DNA of 64,000 bases from Mobula hypostoma (Eukaryota). The notes under the pieces were generated by a model that made no database searches, was not told where the DNA came from, and saw only the letters and a list, made by a program, of their open reading frames with translations. This document shows, one piece after another, positions 63,029 to 64,000 of this stretch. Every line of letters starts with the position of its first letter. The stretch's first letter is position 1. The stretch lies in the NCBI RefSeq assembly GCF_963921235.1, contig NC_086097.1:68326001-68390000 (forward strand). The letters are read 5' to 3'. Both the position numbers and the translations under genes were made by a program.

Positions 63029-64000
63029 ACACAAGACTACAGATGTTGGAGCCCCCCTCTAACCAGTCCCCCTCCTACAATCACTTTCCTTCTGTCAGCA
63101 AACTCTTCCACCTGGAAGAACATGTGCTTACTCTTAACAACTTCCCTTTTGACTCCTTTCACTTTCTCCTTATCAACTGTGAAGCCATTTGCATGTGCAT
63201 GGGTCCAGATATACCAGCTACCTGAAGCAATTTCTATCCCAAGTCTGCTCGGGCACCACTCCCCAAATCATTCTCCAGTACATTGATGACTGCATCGGTG
63301 GTGTCTTCTGCACCAGAGGGAAACTTACAAATTTCACTAATTTTGTTACCAACTTCTACCTTACCCTCTAATTCACTTGGTCCATTTCTGACATCTCTCT
63401 TCCCTTTTTTCATCGCACTGTCTCCATCTCAGGAAACACATTATCCACTGACTCCCACAGATACCTAAACTAAACCTCCTTTCACTCTGTCATTCATTGG
63501 ATGTCAATCCTTTTCTCAGTTCCTCTACAGTATTTCTGTCACATCTGTTCTCCGAATGTGGCCCTCCATTCCAGGATATCTGAGATGTTCCCCTTTTACA
63601 AAAAATATATTCCTCCTGCTATTACTGATGTACCACTCACTGGCATCTCCATTTCCTTCACTTCTGTTCTTACCCCATATCCACTCCCTTCTCCACCCCA
63701 GATAGAACAGGGATAAAGCTCCCTAAGTTCTCACCCATCATCTCGCCATCTTACACATCCAAAACACGTCATTCTCAGCAGCTTCTGCCAACCACATCAT
63801 CCCCTCCTTACTTCTCTCTGCGTTTCAAAGGGACCACTCTCTCTGTGATTCCCCGGTGTGCACATACCTCCCCACCCATCCTTCTCTTCCCCTCCCTGGG
63901 CACTTTCCCTTGTGACCGTAGCAGGTATAACTGATGTCCATACACCTCCTTCTTCACCATCATCTAGAGCCCTAGAAAAGCCCCTCCAATGGGGTAGACA
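63029..64000 (+). pseudogene. Old degenerate Penelope RT, preceded by a short inverted tail fragment; runs off the window
   Basis: VLTLNNFPFDSFHFL, MGP and QYIDDCIG are collinear with the ORF at 57292-58740. acacaagactacagatgttgga is an antisense tail end. Confidence 0.85.

Overview
This is eukaryotic, AT-rich, CpG-depleted DNA made mostly of nested transposable elements. The repeat mix (Rex1/Babar and CR1 LINEs, Penelope with hammerhead-bearing tails, RTE, chromodomain Gypsy, Tc1/Harbinger/hAT MITEs) suggests a cartilaginous fish, probably a ray (inference). I found no multi-exon host gene, rRNA, tRNA or CRISPR; one CpG-rich unique segment near 35.4 kb may be a first coding exon on the minus strand. 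Most notable: (1) a young 5'-truncated Penelope element with a 13-bp TSD landed in frame in a Gypsy gag start, downstream of an LTR end and PBS, giving an uninterrupted 517-aa Gag-RT-GIY-YIG ORF followed by a hammerhead ribozyme; (2) a 62-bp minisatellite built from a Gypsy chromodomain/CR1-tail junction; (3) a GC-rich, nearly intact AviRTE/RTE1-like LINE; (4) a non-autonomous RTE derivative with a partial HDV-like fold; (5) a Gypsy element half-inverted with breakpoint duplications. Family names come from motif recognition, not database searches. Boundaries without a stated TSD or TIR are approximate.
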